A stretch of DNA of 64,000 bases from Terriglobia bacterium (GTDB lineage Bacteria > Acidobacteriota > Terriglobia > JAJPHL01 > JAPKYU01): assembly GCA_965206645.1 (NCBI GenBank), contig CBDBKE010000004.1, positions 1,344,001 through 1,408,000 on the forward strand, written 5' to 3'. The notes below the pieces were generated by a model. That model did not search any database. It saw only the letters and a program-made list of their open reading frames with translations, and was not told where the DNA came from. Within the stretch, counting starts at the first letter, position 1, and the number at the start of each line of letters is the position of its first letter. The translations under genes and the position numbers were made by a program. Positions 40,887 through 49,297 of this stretch are shown one piece after another.

Positions 40887-41752
40887 GCCCTGAGCGGCGG
40901 CGTTGTGCGGTGGAGCGTGCGTGGGAGCAACACGGGTTGTCGGAACGGCATGCCTGCCGGCTGCTGGGGCAATGGCGAGGGACACAACGATACGAGCCGA
41001 TTCATCGGGTGGACGAGGATGCTCTGACCCGAGCGATCATTGCCCTGGGAGCGAAGTACGGGCGATATGGCTACCGGAGGATCACAGCGTTGCTGCGGAG
41101 TGCGGGCTGGGAAGTGGGCAAGGACCGGGTGCAGCGGATTTGGCGGCGGGAAGGGCTGAAAGTGCCGCAAAAACAAAGGCCGCGAGGACGGCTGTGGCTG
41201 AACGACGGTTCCTGTGTACGACTGAGGCCGGAGCGACCGAACCACGTGTGGAGCTACGACTTCATGAGTGCCAGAACGCACGAGGGGAGAACGCTGCGGC
41301 TGCTGACCTTGCTGGATGAGTACACGCGGGAATGCCTGGCGATCCGGGTGGAGCGGAGGATGGGCAGCCAACAAATCATTGAGGCGTTGTCGGACGTGAT
41401 GTTGTGGCGAGGGATACCGGAACAGATTCGATCCGACAATGGTCCCGAGTTCATCGCCAAACAACTGCGCCAGTGGTTGGCAAATCTAGGGACCGGGACA
41501 CTGTACATCGAACCGGGCAGTCCCTGGGAGAACGGGTACTGCGAGAGTTTCAATGGGAAGCTGCGGGACGAATGCCTGAATGGAGAGATCTTCTACTCGT
41601 TGAAGGAGGCACAGGTGGTGATTGAACAGTGGAGGGTGCAATACAACACGGTGCGGCCGCACTCGGCGCTCGGCTATAGGCCCCCGGCGCCGGGGGCCTA
41701 TAGCCCTCCCCTGCCACTGAAACCAGTTTCACAGCCCCAGGCTGCGATGTAA
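40874..41752 (+). CDS. IS3 transposase OrfB (DDE), fused to OrfA by -1 frameshift
   Basis: Slippery GGGAAAC at 40874-40880; WSYDF, SDNGPEF, ESFNGKLRDE. Confidence 0.92.
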   Translation, partial: GKLLSPERRRCAVERAWEQHGLSERHACRLLGQWRGTQRYEPIHRVDEDALTRAIIALGAKYGRYGYRRITALLRSAGWEVGKDRVQRIWRREGLKVPQKQRPRGRLWLNDGSCVRLRPERPNHVWSYDFMSARTHEGRTLRLLTLLDEYTRECLAIRVERRMGSQQIIEALSDVMLWRGIPEQIRSDNGPEFIAKQLRQWLANLGTGTLYIEPGSPWENGYCESFNGKLRDECLNGEIFYSLKEAQVVIEQWRVQYNTVRPHSALGYRPPAPGAYSPPLPLKPVSQPQAAM

Positions 41753-41944
41753 ACTCTCACTACGGTTGGTACAAAAAATCGGTCTGGTCACCGGGCAGGC
41801 GAAACCCGCACAGCGACTCCGAAGAACAGCCAAAATGTGCCGCACTACCACCTCAAAGAGGCCAGAGCTGTTTGCGGTTGACACGACAGGGTACGAGGCA
41901 TAGCTTTTCGGGTGAAGAGGAAGCTCGAAATGGAAATTCCGGTT

Positions 41945-41983
41945 CAGGATCGCCGCCTCGTACTTCAGGATCAGTTTTGCCAT
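41945..41983 (-). pseudogene. 5' stub of the FHA-domain gene
   Basis: MAKLILKYEAAIL after GGAGAAG, downstream of the PP2C gene; continues into unrelated sequence. Confidence 0.6.
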
Positions 41984-42059
41984 ATCACTTCTCCCGGGCC
42001 GCGCCCGTTGCGCTGCCAAGCTTCGCCGCCGGGCATACAGGCGACCGCCCCTGCGGCGC

Positions 42060-42941
42060 TCACGTGAAGACGCCTTTCAGCCAGCCCCACAAGCCTTTCC
42101 GTGAAGCGTCCTTGAGCCGCACCACGACCACGGTGATATTGTCCGCGCCACCGTTGTCGTTGGCGATTTCTACCAGCCGGTCGCAGGCCTGCTTGGGAGT
42201 TTGGGCCTCGCCGATCACCTGGGCGATACCCGACTCGGTGATCATTCGAGTGAGCCCGTCGGAACAGAGAAGCACCTGATCCCCTGGCGTGACGAACACC
42301 TCGTCCAGATCCACAGTCACGTTTTCCTCGGTGCCCAGGGCGCGGATCAGGACATTCTGCATTTCGCTTTGTTCGGCTTCTTCCCTGGTCATCAGGCCGC
42401 GCCGCACTTGCTCCATGACCAGCGAGTGGTCCTCGGTCAGTTGCTGGAGTTGGCCGCCGTGCAACAGAAAAATGCGGCTATCGCCCACGTGGGCGATGCT
42501 CAGAACCGGCCCCTGTAACAGGGCGGCGTCTACGGTGGCGCCCATCCCGCGCTGGCTGGCGTGCTGCTGTGCCGCCTCCCAGATGACCCGATTGGAGCGG
42601 CGGAGCGCAGCGGCTAACTGGTTTGTGTCTTCGGAGAACTGCGGGTTGGGGTCGCCCGATAGCGGGGCGCTTCCGTTGCGCGCCAGCTCTTTCATGTGCC
42701 GGCTGATTTCTTCGACAGCAATCCTGCTGGCCAGCTCGCCCGCCGCCTCGCCGCCCATTCCATCGGAAAGCACGAACAGGCCGAGCTCGGGAACGATGCT
42801 GAAGTTATCTTCGTTGTTAGACCGGTGGCGGCCAATGTCGGTTCGCGCCCCCACCTCAAATTCGGCCGTTGAGGCGGAGAATGCCGTCTCTCCCGCCGCT
42901 TCGGCGGATGCCCCTTCGGACTTCACGATCCGTACTCGCAT
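42060..42941 (-). CDS. PP2C-type Ser/Thr phosphatase (Stp1/IreP family)
   Basis: RSNNED, SDGMGG, HVGDSR, LCSDGL, GGADNIT. Confidence 0.95.
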   Translation of the reverse strand: MRVRIVKSEGASAEAAGETAFSASTAEFEVGARTDIGRHRSNNEDNFSIVPELGLFVLSDGMGGEAAGELASRIAVEEISRHMKELARNGSAPLSGDPNPQFSEDTNQLAAALRRSNRVIWEAAQQHASQRGMGATVDAALLQGPVLSIAHVGDSRIFLLHGGQLQQLTEDHSLVMEQVRRGLMTREEAEQSEMQNVLIRALGTEENVTVDLDEVFVTPGDQVLLCSDGLTRMITESGIAQVIGEAQTPKQACDRLVEIANDNGGADNITVVVVRLKDASRKGLWGWLKGVFT

Positions 42942-43163
42942 GTTTGCGCAGGGCGTGAGCCGATGCTTGTACTCACTCAGCCGGCGCCGAACGCGACTTC
43001 CAAGCCTTCATCCGCCCAGCAGAACCGCGCGGAGAGGACGTTTCTGAGCGAAGCGGGGGGATTGTAGCAAAAGCGCGCACGCGCTTGCAACCTATCCCAA
43101 TGCACGGCTGTGGGTCACTGCTGCTTCCAGTTCCTCGCAATGTTTGCGAGTTCCCGGCAACCG

Positions 43164-43619
43164 CTAGGAGCTGGGGGGATGGCGGGCTGTCGCCTGCAGG
43201 GCTTTTCCCACCACCCGCAGGGTTTCCGGGCGGAGGTGGTATTCGGCCAGCTCAGAGGGAGCGACCCAGCGGCACTCGCTAACGTCGGTGGCCGCCCGGG
43301 GATCTTGCGGTCCCGAGCGTTCTACCCGACACAGGTAGTCAATCAGCACGTAGTGGTAGCGGATGCGGCCAGCCTCATCCTGCACGATGCGGTCGAGCAC
43401 CTCCAACAGTTCCAGCGGCGTGACCTCCAGCCCTGTTTCCTCTTGCAGTTCTCGCCGCAGAGCTTCCTCCAGCGTTTCGCCCACCTTGAGAGCGCCGCCG
43501 GGAATGGACCATTCGCCCAGCAGCGGAGCGCGACCGCGCTGGACCAATAGCACGCGACCCTGTTCAACCACCACACCCCCCACGCCGACAATCGGCCGTT
43601 CCGGGTACTCGCGGCTCAC
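43164..43619 (-). CDS. NUDIX hydrolase
   Basis: Nudix box GGALKVGETLEEALRRELQEETGL. Confidence 0.93.
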   Translation of the reverse strand: MSREYPERPIVGVGGVVVEQGRVLLVQRGRAPLLGEWSIPGGALKVGETLEEALRRELQEETGLEVTPLELLEVLDRIVQDEAGRIRYHYVLIDYLCRVERSGPQDPRAATDVSECRWVAPSELAEYHLRPETLRVVGKALQATARHPPSS

Positions 43620-43898
43620 GGCGAACCGACCTCCTCGACCCGGCGCGAAACCACCTCCCAGCGCCACTGGATTTCCTCACGCAGCGTGGCGACCGGCACA
43701 CAAGGGGGGAGCGCGGGCAGCGCGTCGTGGATCACCCGAATCAAATGACGCATGGTTTGACGTATGGTTCCGCCAACGCTAGCCCTCGGCCAGGCAAAAG
43801 AGGCAGCCCGGCGGCGAGCCGCAGGCGAGCCCATGTTATCCGCAAGCTAAGGTGCCGGGCAATCGCGCGAGCAGAAACTGGTATCGGAAAAAGACCTC

Positions 43899-43926
43899 TT
43901 GACCCGCCTCTCACGGGTCATATATT
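43899..43926 (+). promoter_or_regulatory. Promoter with overlapping palindromic operator upstream of the LysW-like gene
   Basis: TTGACC-N16-TATATT containing perfect TGACCCG-N7-CGGGTCA (43900-43920). Confidence 0.55.
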
Positions 43927-43998
43927 AGTCCGAGGGCCGGCGTGGCTACAGGGTTTGCAACCGCCGGCCGGTCGTCGTCTTCTCCGACGGAGGTATCG

Positions 43999-44205
43999 AT
44001 GCCAAGTTGCCCTGACTGCGAAGCCAAGTTGGACGTGGAAGAGGACGAGGTTGAGCAAGGCGAAGTGATCAACTGCCCCGAGTGCGGAGTTGAACTGGAG
44101 GTGCTCAACACCAATCCCCTCGAGGTGAAGCAGATCGAGGAGGAGGAGGAGGAGGAGGAGGAGGAGGAAGAGAAAGAAGAAGAGGAAGAAGAGGACCAGT
44201 CGTGA
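43999..44205 (+). CDS. LysW-like zinc-ribbon protein with poly-Glu tail
   Basis: CPDC...GEVINCPECGVELEV...PLE then about 19 Glu; GGAGGT RBS; ends EDQS rather than EDWGE. Confidence 0.8.
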   Translation: MPSCPDCEAKLDVEEDEVEQGEVINCPECGVELEVLNTNPLEVKQIEEEEEEEEEEEEKEEEEEEDQS

Positions 44206-44447
44206 GACACGTAAAACGCGTACCGGAATCCGGCCCGGAATCTGGCAACGCGGACGCCCGTGGTGAACTCGTTGTACGCCTCCCGGCGGCCTCCGCCGTC
44301 TATGTCATCGAGGCCACCGCGCCTGGGTTCACTTGTGACTCCGAGGAACTCTGCTCTGTCGCCGACGAGCGGCAGGACGTGGTGCTGCACATCATCACGC
44401 CAGCAGAAATAAACAGGCGGCCGGGCCAAAGGGGGATCGCACCATGA
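44202..44447 (+). pseudogene. Probably truncated carboxypeptidase-regulatory-like domain protein
   Basis: ADARGELVVRLP...YVIEATAPGF resembles the C-terminal half of the domain; no signal peptide. Confidence 0.45.
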
Positions 44448-44806
44448 AGCGGAAATTCTGGATGCCAGCGGCTCTTGTAACGCTGGCTCTCACGTTGGCG
44501 TCAGCGTTGCCGGCTCAAAAAAAGAAAAAAGGGGAGAGCACCCGCTCCCTGCACGGGATTGTGGTCGACAAGAGCGACACGCCGCTGGAGAAGGCAGTCG
44601 TCTACTTGAAGAACACCAGAAACCTTCGCGTGCGCACCCACATCGCGGACAAAGAAGGCGCGTTTCGTTTTCACGGGCTAAGCTTTAATGTGGACTATCA
44701 GGTGCGGGCCCAGCACCAAGGGGCCTCCAGCCGCACCAAGACCATCAGCTCGTTTAGCACTCGCCCGGAAGTCCACATCACCCTTAAGATAGACCGCAAA
44801 GAGTAG
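44444..44806 (+). CDS. Secreted carboxypeptidase-regulatory-like domain protein
   Basis: Signal peptide, GIVVDKSDTPLEKAVVYL, GAFRFHGL. Confidence 0.8.
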   Translation: MKRKFWMPAALVTLALTLASALPAQKKKKGESTRSLHGIVVDKSDTPLEKAVVYLKNTRNLRVRTHIADKEGAFRFHGLSFNVDYQVRAQHQGASSRTKTISSFSTRPEVHITLKIDRKE

Positions 44807-44865
44807 CCAATCCCAGCCCGAAGGTGCAGGCCAGGCGCGCCGCAGGGCTATGTTAGGCTGAACGT

Positions 44866-45758
44866 GTGCCGGGCGCGGAGCCGTTGGCGTTGATCTACAA
44901 CCCCGCCGCTGGGGCCAGCTCCGTCTGCGACGCCGCAGGGTGGAGGAAGTGGTTGCGGCGCTGCGTCGCTATGGCGGCGATCCCGAACTGTTGCCGAGCC
45001 GAGGGCCGCAGGACGGCTTCGTGCGTGGCGAAGAAGCCGGACGTCGGTTTTCGATCGTGGCCGTCCTGGGCGGCGACGGCACGGTGAACGAAGTGCTCAA
45101 CGGCCTAGTCGCGGCCGGCGGCGCAGCGCGCCTGTTGGTGTTGCCGGCAGGCTCGGTCAATGTACTGGCGCGCGACCTCCGCATCCCGCTGGACGCCTGC
45201 CGAGCCGCGGCGCTGCTGCGTGAGGGCGTGGACCGCCGCCTGTACCTGGGCCGTGCCGGCAAGCGCTACTTCGCGCTGATGGCCGGCGCCGGCGTGGACG
45301 CCTCCATCGTCAGGCGTCTGGGCCGGGGCTGGTTGAAACGCCGGCTTGGGCGGGTGGCGTTTGCGCTAGAAGGTATCCGCCATAGCGTGGCCTACGACTT
45401 CCCTCGACTCACTGTTTCCTGCGACGGGGGAGAGTGGGGCGGCTACCTTGCCGTGGTGGGCAATTCTCCGGGCTACGCCGGCTGGTTCTCGGTGACGCCG
45501 GCGGCCGACCTCGGCCAGCCCGGCTTCCAGGTCGCTGTTTGTACCACTGCCCGCGCGGTGAAGTATTTTTACTTCGCTGGACTGGCTCTTACCGGCGGGC
45601 TCCCCCGCAGCCGCGACTTCGTTTATTTCAATGCCACGCGCCTCCGGATTTCCTCCGATCGGCTGGCCTACGTTCAGGTGGACGGCGAGCCCCACGATCC
45701 GCTGCCGATGGAGTTCTCGAGCGATGGCACGTCGCTGCGCTTCTTAGTCCCACCGTAG
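44866..45758 (+). pseudogene. Diacylglycerol/YegS-family lipid kinase with a frameshift at a G4 run (possibly a sequencing error)
   Basis: IYNPAAG in one frame; GGDGTVNEV, PAGSVN, QVDGE in another; one extra G at 44911-44914 restores the ORF. Confidence 0.85.
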
Positions 45759-45771
45759 AAGACACTGGCTC

Positions 45772-45800
45772 GAGAGCCGCCCCTTGCGGGCGGCGCTCTT
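45772..45800. terminator. GC-rich hairpin between convergent lipid kinase and gatA genes
   Basis: CCGCCC-CTTGC-GGGCGG stem with AGAG/CTCT outer pairing. Confidence 0.4.
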
Positions 45801-45811
45801 AAGGGTACCTA

Positions 45812-47281
45812 TCAGGAAAGGGTGAAGCCGCCGGAGTGCTCGAAGGCGTGAGCGGCTCGCAGCATGGCCGTCTCGTTGAAGTGCCTCGCCAGAATCTGCA
45901 TGCCCACCGGGAGCCGCGCTCGGGTGACGCCGCAGGGTACGTTGATGCCGGGAATGCCGGCCAGGCTGGCGGTAATGGTGTAGATGTCGGACAGGTACAT
46001 CTTCAGCGGATCGTTAATCTTTTCGCCCAGGCGAAACGCCGGAGTGGGCGCGGTGGGGGTGACAATCACGTCTACCTCACGGAACGCCTCAGTGAAGTCG
46101 CGGGCCACCAGCGCCCGCACCTTTTGCGCTTTCCGGTAATAGGCGTCGTAGTAGCCGGCACTGAGCGCGTAGGTGCCGAGCATGATGCGCCGCTTCACTT
46201 CCGTCCCAAACCCCTTGCCGCGCGTGCCCCGGTAAAAGTCCACGAGCGAGCTGGAGGCGCTGCCGGGGGAGCGGAACCCGTAGCGCACGCCGTCGTAGCG
46301 GGCCAAGTTGGAGCTGGCCTCGGCCGTGCAGATGATGTAGTAGCAGGCGATGGCGTAGTCGGTGTGGGGGAGATGGATCTCCCGTATTTCGGCGCCCAGC
46401 ACTCGCATCCGCTCGATGCCCTGCTGCAACCGGCCACCCACTTCGGCGTCCAGGCCAGTAGGAAAATACTCACGCGGCACCCCTACACGAAAGCCGCGCA
46501 GGTCAGATGCTTCGGGCCGCTCCAGCTCGGCCAAGTAGTCTGGCACGGGCACATCGGCCGAGGTGGAATCCTGTGGATCGCTTCCCGCCATCACACCCAG
46601 CACGGTGGCAGCGTCCTTGACGGTCTTCCCGAACGGCCCGATATGGTCGAGCGAGGAGGCAAACGCCACCAGGCCGTAGCGAGAGACGCGCCCATAAGTT
46701 CCCATGAGCCCCACAACCCCGCAGAAGGAAGCTGGCTGGCGGATGGAGCCGCCCGTGTCGGAGCCCAGCGCCACCACGCAGGTGTCGGAGGCGACGGCGG
46801 CCGCCGAGCCCCCGCTGGAGCCGCCCGGCACCCGCTCCAGGTCGTGCGGATTACGGACCGGATGGAAGGCGGAGTTCTCGCTGGAGGAGCCCATCGCAAA
46901 CTCGTCGCAATTCGTTTTGCCGATGATCACCGCCCCGGCCCGTTCCAACCGCTCGACCGCCGTCGCATCATAAGGAGGGATGTAGTCGGCCAGCATGCGC
47001 GAGGCGCAGGTGCTGCGCAACCCGCGAGTGACAATGACGTCCTTCACCGCCAGGGGTACTCCGGCCAGCAATGGAAGGGTCTCGCCGCGCGCCTGCAGCG
47101 CGTCCACCCGGCGGGCCTGTTCCAGCGCGCGCTCCGGTGAGAAGCTGAGGTATGCTCCGTTCTTCTGATTTTCCTGCTGTGCGTGGGCCAGGGCCTGCTC
47201 GGCCAGCGCCACGGCTGTGGTTCCGCCTTCGTGCAGCGCCCTTCGAACCCCGGTCAGGGTCAGCCCCTTCAGTTCCACCAC
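45812..47281 (-). CDS. gatA: Asp/Glu-tRNA amidotransferase subunit A
   Basis: PGGSSGGSAAAV, LGSDTGGSIRQPA, SSNLARYDGVRYG. Confidence 0.97.
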   Translation of the reverse strand: MVELKGLTLTGVRRALHEGGTTAVALAEQALAHAQQENQKNGAYLSFSPERALEQARRVDALQARGETLPLLAGVPLAVKDVIVTRGLRSTCASRMLADYIPPYDATAVERLERAGAVIIGKTNCDEFAMGSSSENSAFHPVRNPHDLERVPGGSSGGSAAAVASDTCVVALGSDTGGSIRQPASFCGVVGLMGTYGRVSRYGLVAFASSLDHIGPFGKTVKDAATVLGVMAGSDPQDSTSADVPVPDYLAELERPEASDLRGFRVGVPREYFPTGLDAEVGGRLQQGIERMRVLGAEIREIHLPHTDYAIACYYIICTAEASSNLARYDGVRYGFRSPGSASSSLVDFYRGTRGKGFGTEVKRRIMLGTYALSAGYYDAYYRKAQKVRALVARDFTEAFREVDVIVTPTAPTPAFRLGEKINDPLKMYLSDIYTITASLAGIPGINVPCGVTRARLPVGMQILARHFNETAMLRAAHAFEHSGGFTLS

Positions 47282-47590
47282 TTATCTCTCGAACACCTTG
47301 GGGACTTTGAAGTGGCCGGCGCCATGCTCAGGCGCGTTGGCCAGCGCCGTCTCAGAAGGAAAACCCGGGCGGGCGGCGTCCTCGCGCAGAGTCGCCTCTG
47401 GTTGCAGGTCGGCAGCTTCGTGCAGTACCTGGGCCATGGGCTCAACCGCCGAGGTGTCCAGCTCGTTGAGTTTCTCCATGGACTCCAGGATGGCGTTTAG
47501 TTGCGGGACAAACTCGGCGATTTCCTCGGAGCTCAGCTCGAGGTTGGCCAGCTGGGCCACATACAGGACGTCGGTTTCGCTGATTTTCAC
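47282..47590 (-). CDS. gatC: Asp/Glu-tRNA amidotransferase subunit C
   Basis: VAQLANLEL, LNELDTSAVEP, FKVPKV; GTG start. Confidence 0.93.
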   Translation of the reverse strand: MKISETDVLYVAQLANLELSSEEIAEFVPQLNAILESMEKLNELDTSAVEPMAQVLHEAADLQPEATLREDAARPGFPSETALANAPEHGAGHFKVPKVFER

Positions 47591-47645
47591 CCTGCCACCT
47601 GCTGGGTTACCCGGTGGGTCACCGGCCGGGGCACCCGCTGGCCGC

Positions 47646-48098
47646 TCATCCTTCCCGCAGCATCTTCTGCGAAGCACGGAGAAACAGCGCGCGCAATTCC
47701 GGATCGGCGATCGCGCGGGCCGAATCTTCCAGTTGGGCGTCCCGAGCGGGCGCCTCCTCCCGCGCCGGGCCTTTGCGAGGTGGCGGCTGAGCGGAACTGG
47801 CTGAGGCTGCCAGGCTCGCATCCACGCGAAGATCTATTCCCGTCACCAGGCGCTGTCCCAGCAGCCGGTTGACGCGAGCCAGCAGTTGTCTCTCCAGTCG
47901 CCGCAGTTGCTTCTGCCAGGCGCGGTCCGGCACGTGCACGATCAGAGTTTCCCGGTAGAGTTGAAACACCTGGGAGCGCGCGGCGATCTGGCGGCCCACC
48001 AAGTGCGGCCATACCGACCGCACGATCTCTTCCACCGGCAGGTGCTTCTGCGGCTGCTTGCGCAGCAAATGAGGCAACAGCGCGTGCAGCGGTCTCAT
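47646..48098 (-). CDS. DUF721 / DciA family protein
   Basis: WPHLVGRQIA, LIVHVPDRAWQKQL. Confidence 0.8.
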   Translation of the reverse strand: MRPLHALLPHLLRKQPQKHLPVEEIVRSVWPHLVGRQIAARSQVFQLYRETLIVHVPDRAWQKQLRRLERQLLARVNRLLGQRLVTGIDLRVDASLAASASSAQPPPRKGPAREEAPARDAQLEDSARAIADPELRALFLRASQKMLREG

Positions 48099-48250
48099 GG
48101 CTCTACGTTAATTGCTGCGGCCACCGGTTTGCCCGCGACCAGCTCCGCCATCTCCGGATCATCCAGCTTTTCAAAGGTTTCCTTCCCCGTGACCCGAAGG
48201 TTTCCCTCCGCATCGTGTGCTAAGTTTACTTAAGGAAGGTGCATTCTACC

Positions 48251-48898
48251 ATGCCGGACCTGTCGCACCACAAACCACAGGAAGAGCACGGCAACGAATC
48301 GGTGTTGCTGGCTTCAGCTTCACCGCGACGCCAAGACCTGCTGCAAGCGGCCGGCATTCGCTTCGAGGCAGTCGCCAGCAACATCCCGGAAGTGATGCAG
48401 CCCGGCGAAACGGCGGAACAATTTGTCTGCCGCATGGCCGTGGCCAAGGCAGAGCAGGTGGCAACCGACAGGGGTGGTGAAGCCCGGCTCATTGTGGCCG
48501 CGGACACGGTAGTAGTGGTGAACCAGACGCTGGTGAACCAGACGCTGGTGAACCAAACGGTGCTGGGCAAGCCGGATTCGGCCTCGAGCGCCGCGTCCAT
48601 GTTGCGACTACTCGGTGGCCGCACCCACGTTGTGCTGACCGGCCTCTGCGTGCTAGAAGCGCGCGGCGGGCGCCGCTGGGTGGAAGCGGTGCGTACCCAG
48701 GTGCGGTTTGGTCCACTGACGGAAGCAGAAATCAGCCAGTACGTGGCCACCGGCGAGCCACTGGACAAAGCCGGCGCCTACGCCATTCAGGGCCTGGCTT
48801 CCAAATTTGTCGAGTGGATTGAGGGTTGTTACTTCAACGTGGTGGGACTGCCTGTGCCCACGCTCTACCGCATGCTCAAACAGGCACGTCCGTCTTGA
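48251..48898 (+). CDS. maf: Maf family nucleotide pyrophosphatase
   Basis: LASASPRR, ADT, LGKP, DKAGAYAIQG, NVVGLP. Confidence 0.95.
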   Translation: MPDLSHHKPQEEHGNESVLLASASPRRQDLLQAAGIRFEAVASNIPEVMQPGETAEQFVCRMAVAKAEQVATDRGGEARLIVAADTVVVVNQTLVNQTLVNQTVLGKPDSASSAASMLRLLGGRTHVVLTGLCVLEARGGRRWVEAVRTQVRFGPLTEAEISQYVATGEPLDKAGAYAIQGLASKFVEWIEGCYFNVVGLPVPTLYRMLKQARPS

Positions 48899-48955
48899 CC
48901 ATGCGCGGGAGCCGGCCGCGAGCACTCACGGCAGAGTTGGGCCGTCTCAGGAAGC

Positions 48956-49144
48956 TCACTCGGGCTTGTCATTCGCGCCGCGCGGTTCCTCAGGCTTGTC
49001 CTCACCACCGCGCAGGGCCTGCTTGAAGTTCTTGATGCCCTCGCCGATTCCCTTGCCCAGTTCGGGAAGCTTGCGGCCGCCGAAGATCAGCACAGCGATC
49101 CCGAGGATCACCATCAGTTCGGGTAAGCCAATGCGGAACGGCAC
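48956..49144 (-). CDS. tatA: Twin-arginine translocase TatA/E
   Basis: [33 protein letters not shown]. Confidence 0.93.
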   Translation of the reverse strand: MPFRIGLPELMVILGIAVLIFGGRKLPELGKGIGEGIKNFKQALRGGEDKPEEPRGANDKPE

Positions 49145-49205
49145 AATTTACCTCCTTTCTGTATTGTATCGCAGAAAGCTGCGGTACAAGCCCGGAATCC
49201 TGTGA

Positions 49206-49297
49206 AAACCAGGAGGCAGCAGGCCGAGCGTCGGTGAGCGCTAGGGAGCAGTTAGCAGGTACTGCTTACTGCCTACTGCCCACTGCCTCCTGGGTTT
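49206..49297. repeat. Hairpin element with 7-nt periodic arms between dacB and tatA
   Basis: Ends CCAGGAGGCAG / CTGCCTCCTGG pair perfectly; right arm TACTGCT TACTGCC TACTGCC CACTGCC. Confidence 0.65.

Larger units (their letters stand above)
40541..41790 (+). mobile_element. IS3-family insertion sequence (1250 bp, IS407-like)
   Basis: TG...CA ends; IRL TGACCTGACCGGCACTTTTTGTACCAA versus reverse-complemented IRR TGACCAGACCGATTTTTTGTACCAA; orfA/orfB; no target duplication. Confidence 0.95.

Noticed and set aside
43911-44429. Minus-strand ORF with a poly-Ser tract
   Set aside because: Reverse complement of the (GAG)n run of the LysW-like gene.
45812-47590. gatC-gatA without gatB
   Set aside because: gatB is often encoded elsewhere; cannot be judged from one window.
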